A stretch of 64,000 nucleotides of DNA. It comes from Saccostrea echinata. Its lineage: Eukaryota. The stretch is from assembly GCF_033153115.1 (NCBI RefSeq), contig NW_026889813.1, forward strand, positions 7,812,001-7,876,000, read 5' to 3'. The notes beneath the pieces are model-generated. The model was not told the origin of the DNA and did no database searches. It was given only the letters and a program-made list of their open reading frames with translations. This document shows, in pieces, positions 63,592 through 64,000 of this stretch. A program made the position numbers and the translations under genes. Position 1 is the first letter of the stretch. Each line of letters starts with the position of its first letter.

Positions 63592-63866
63592 TTAAGGTCC
63601 ATACCGGATATGTCTGTATAGCAATGGGAAGTCACTACAAACAATGGTTATCAACATAAAGGTGATAATACCAACACCTAGAACAGAGCCGATGCCCCTT
63701 ACAGACGTCCTTTCATCCTTGGCACATGTCTTTGCTCTCACTGTTTTAGACAGTTTTTCTTTATGGACTTCTAGTTCTTTCTTCAGTTTGTCTAATCTGA
63801 TTTTAAGAACCTGTGGATCACTGATAAAATTCTGAGATCTTACCCTGTCACATGGACACTTACAGC
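63592..63866 (-). CDS. Last coding exon of a convergent membrane protein with the same CxCxC-coiled-coil-TM module; gene continues beyond the window
   Basis: Acceptor TTTTGTATTGAACAG, phase 1, then CKCPCDRVRSQNFISDPQVLKIRLDKLKKELEVHKEKLSKTVRAKTCAKDERTSVRGIGSVLGVGIITFMLITIVCSDFPLLYRHIRYGP*. Not in the ORF track. Confidence 0.85.
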
Positions 63867-64000
63867 CTGTTCAATACAAAAAAAACAAAAACTTATTATT
63901 ATATCAATGACGCCATTGCATTAAAAGTTCCGACAACTTACGTTTACAAACTGGTTTCTTTCCTGTCCAATCACCAGTTTCGTTACATACTCTTATGAGA

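Larger units (their letters stand above)
32300..63680. repeat. Segmental tandem duplication, copy 2
   Basis: See copy 1. It is longer because of copy-specific insertions (HINE, mariner, Tc1, Kolobok, LINE, foldback). Confidence 0.85.

Noticed and set aside
5500-63680. Duplication as a haplotype assembly artefact
   Set aside because: Intron divergence, many copy-specific TEs and the independently decayed junction stub fit an old real duplication better. Read depth was not checked.
62145-63835. ORFs 62145-62522(-) and 63644-63835(+)
   Set aside because: Antisense shadows of real exons on the opposite strand.

Overview
AT-rich, intron-rich animal genomic DNA. The repeat families and protein motifs point to a bivalve, most likely an oyster (inference). 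Most short ORFs in the supplied track are spurious or antisense shadows, so I assembled the real genes by hand from GT-AG exons. The window is dominated by an old tandem segmental duplication (~5.5-31.45 kb vs ~32.3-63.7 kb). Each half carries an open, phase-consistent 9-exon + strand gene for a single-pass membrane glycoprotein: an unnamed N-terminal domain, a WSC domain, an unnamed 4-Cys module, a Ser/Thr stalk, and a CxCxC-coiled-coil-SAxDxRxS-TM module. The start/signal exon was not found. A convergent - strand gene ending in the same juxtamembrane module enters at the right edge, and a frameshifted stub of it marks the duplication breakpoint at ~31.4 kb. At the left edge is a - strand gene with a degenerate PD-(D/E)xK-like motif and a frameshift in exon 1. 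The introns are packed with transposable elements: two miniature LTR elements with tRNA-like LTRs (Helenus-like), Naiad-type Penelope fragments, a 5'-truncated LINE, mariner/Tc1, Kolobok-like, Helentron-derived and Crypton-like elements, SINEs, a foldback, and a minimal hammerhead ribozyme. The best lead is a paralogous surface-receptor family in which the WSC and 4-Cys cassettes appear to be inserted inside another domain. These cassettes have diverged strongly between paralogs while the host domain has stayed nearly identical.
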